DNA from: an uncultured Gammaproteobacteria bacterium
Lineage (GTDB): Bacteria; Pseudomonadota; Gammaproteobacteria; Steroidobacterales; Rariloculaceae
Assembly (NCBI GenBank): GCA_963805435.1
Contig: CAWDUG010000006.1
Location: 26,681 to 90,680 of the forward strand
Direction: 5' to 3'
Length of the DNA stretch: 64,000 nucleotides
The translations under genes and the position numbers were made by a program. A model generated the notes under the pieces. It worked only from the letters and a program-made list of their open reading frames with translations. It ran no database searches and was not told the DNA's origin. Positions within the stretch are counted from its first letter, which is position 1. Every line of letters starts with the position of its first letter. Shown here one piece after another: positions 63,857-64,000 of the stretch.

Positions 63857-64000
63857 ATGCTCGAAACAGCCGGCAACGGAACGGCGTCCACACGCGGCGC
63901 GCGGCGTGGCTCGCGGTGGTTGCGCTCGCGCTGCTCGGCAGCGCGGGGCCGGCGCCCGCGGCCGGCGTTGCGGATGGGACGCTGCTGATCGCCTCGCCGG
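63857..64000 (+). CDS. Start of a gene running off the window end; possibly YqgE/AlgH-like, frame uncertain
   Basis: An ATG at 63857 opens one frame. The adjacent frame reads ...AAWLAVVALALLGSAGPAPAAGVADGTLLIASP, a signal-like helix followed by an LLIASP motif reminiscent of AlgH/YqgE. That frame has no start codon, so another frame break near 63895 is possible. Confidence 0.25.

Overview
This is a very GC-rich chromosomal segment (third codon positions are almost all G/C) from a Gram-negative, probably proteobacterial, genome. I saw no rRNA, tRNA, CRISPR, transposase, integrase or phage genes.

Gene blocks, in order:
1. 1-3.7 kb: ndh (partial), MaoC dehydratase, MFS transporter, rimO.
2. 3.9-16.9 kb: a complete assimilatory nitrate locus. 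It runs nasT-nasS, then a sigma54-type promoter with an ANTAR dual-hairpin leader and terminator, then nrtA-nrtB-nrtCD(fused)-porin-nirB-nirD(Rieske)-nasA. Most junctions are translationally coupled.
3. 16.9-18.3 kb: a DUF222/HNH endonuclease with a near-consensus promoter in an AT-rich patch.
4. 18.4-25.5 kb: a ClC channel, a secreted protein of unknown function, and an MFP-RND efflux pair.
5. 25.5-30.3 kb: a PAS-GAF-PAS-GGDEF-EAL protein, ArsC, a DUF5658-like membrane protein and an orphan type IV pilin.
6. 30.4-42.1 kb: the otsB-GH15-otsA trehalose operon, two convergent MscS channels, an SLC13/TrkA-C permease, NhaA, a GST and a DUF1015 protein.
7. 42.1-42.3 kb: a 165-bp low-GC inverted repeat.
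8. 42.3-47.5 kb: an FMN hydroxy-acid dehydrogenase, a heme-less cytochrome-c-like protein, and GFA, VOC and PQQ-dehydrogenase genes.
9. 47.5-53.2 kb: a tandemly duplicated UvrA-like ATPase of about 1885 aa.
10. 53.3-58.6 kb: an MBL hydrolase, an amidohydrolase, MarR, and a cluster of four small secreted proteins of unknown function.
11. 58.7-63.7 kb: the polyamine operon aguA, DHS-like, speA, aguB.

The most striking global property is about 70 single-base reading-frame breaks confined to about 20 genes, while about 30 kb of interleaved genes are intact. Roughly three quarters of the breaks behave as one-base insertions. I label the broken genes pseudogene because they are disrupted as sequenced, but I suspect many breaks are consensus errors.

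The best candidates for undescribed biology are the MarR-linked secreted-protein cluster with its distant paralogue, the fused double UvrA, the porin embedded in the nas operon, and the low-GC 44-bp-arm inverted repeat.

All family assignments come from reading the translations by eye. No searches were run.
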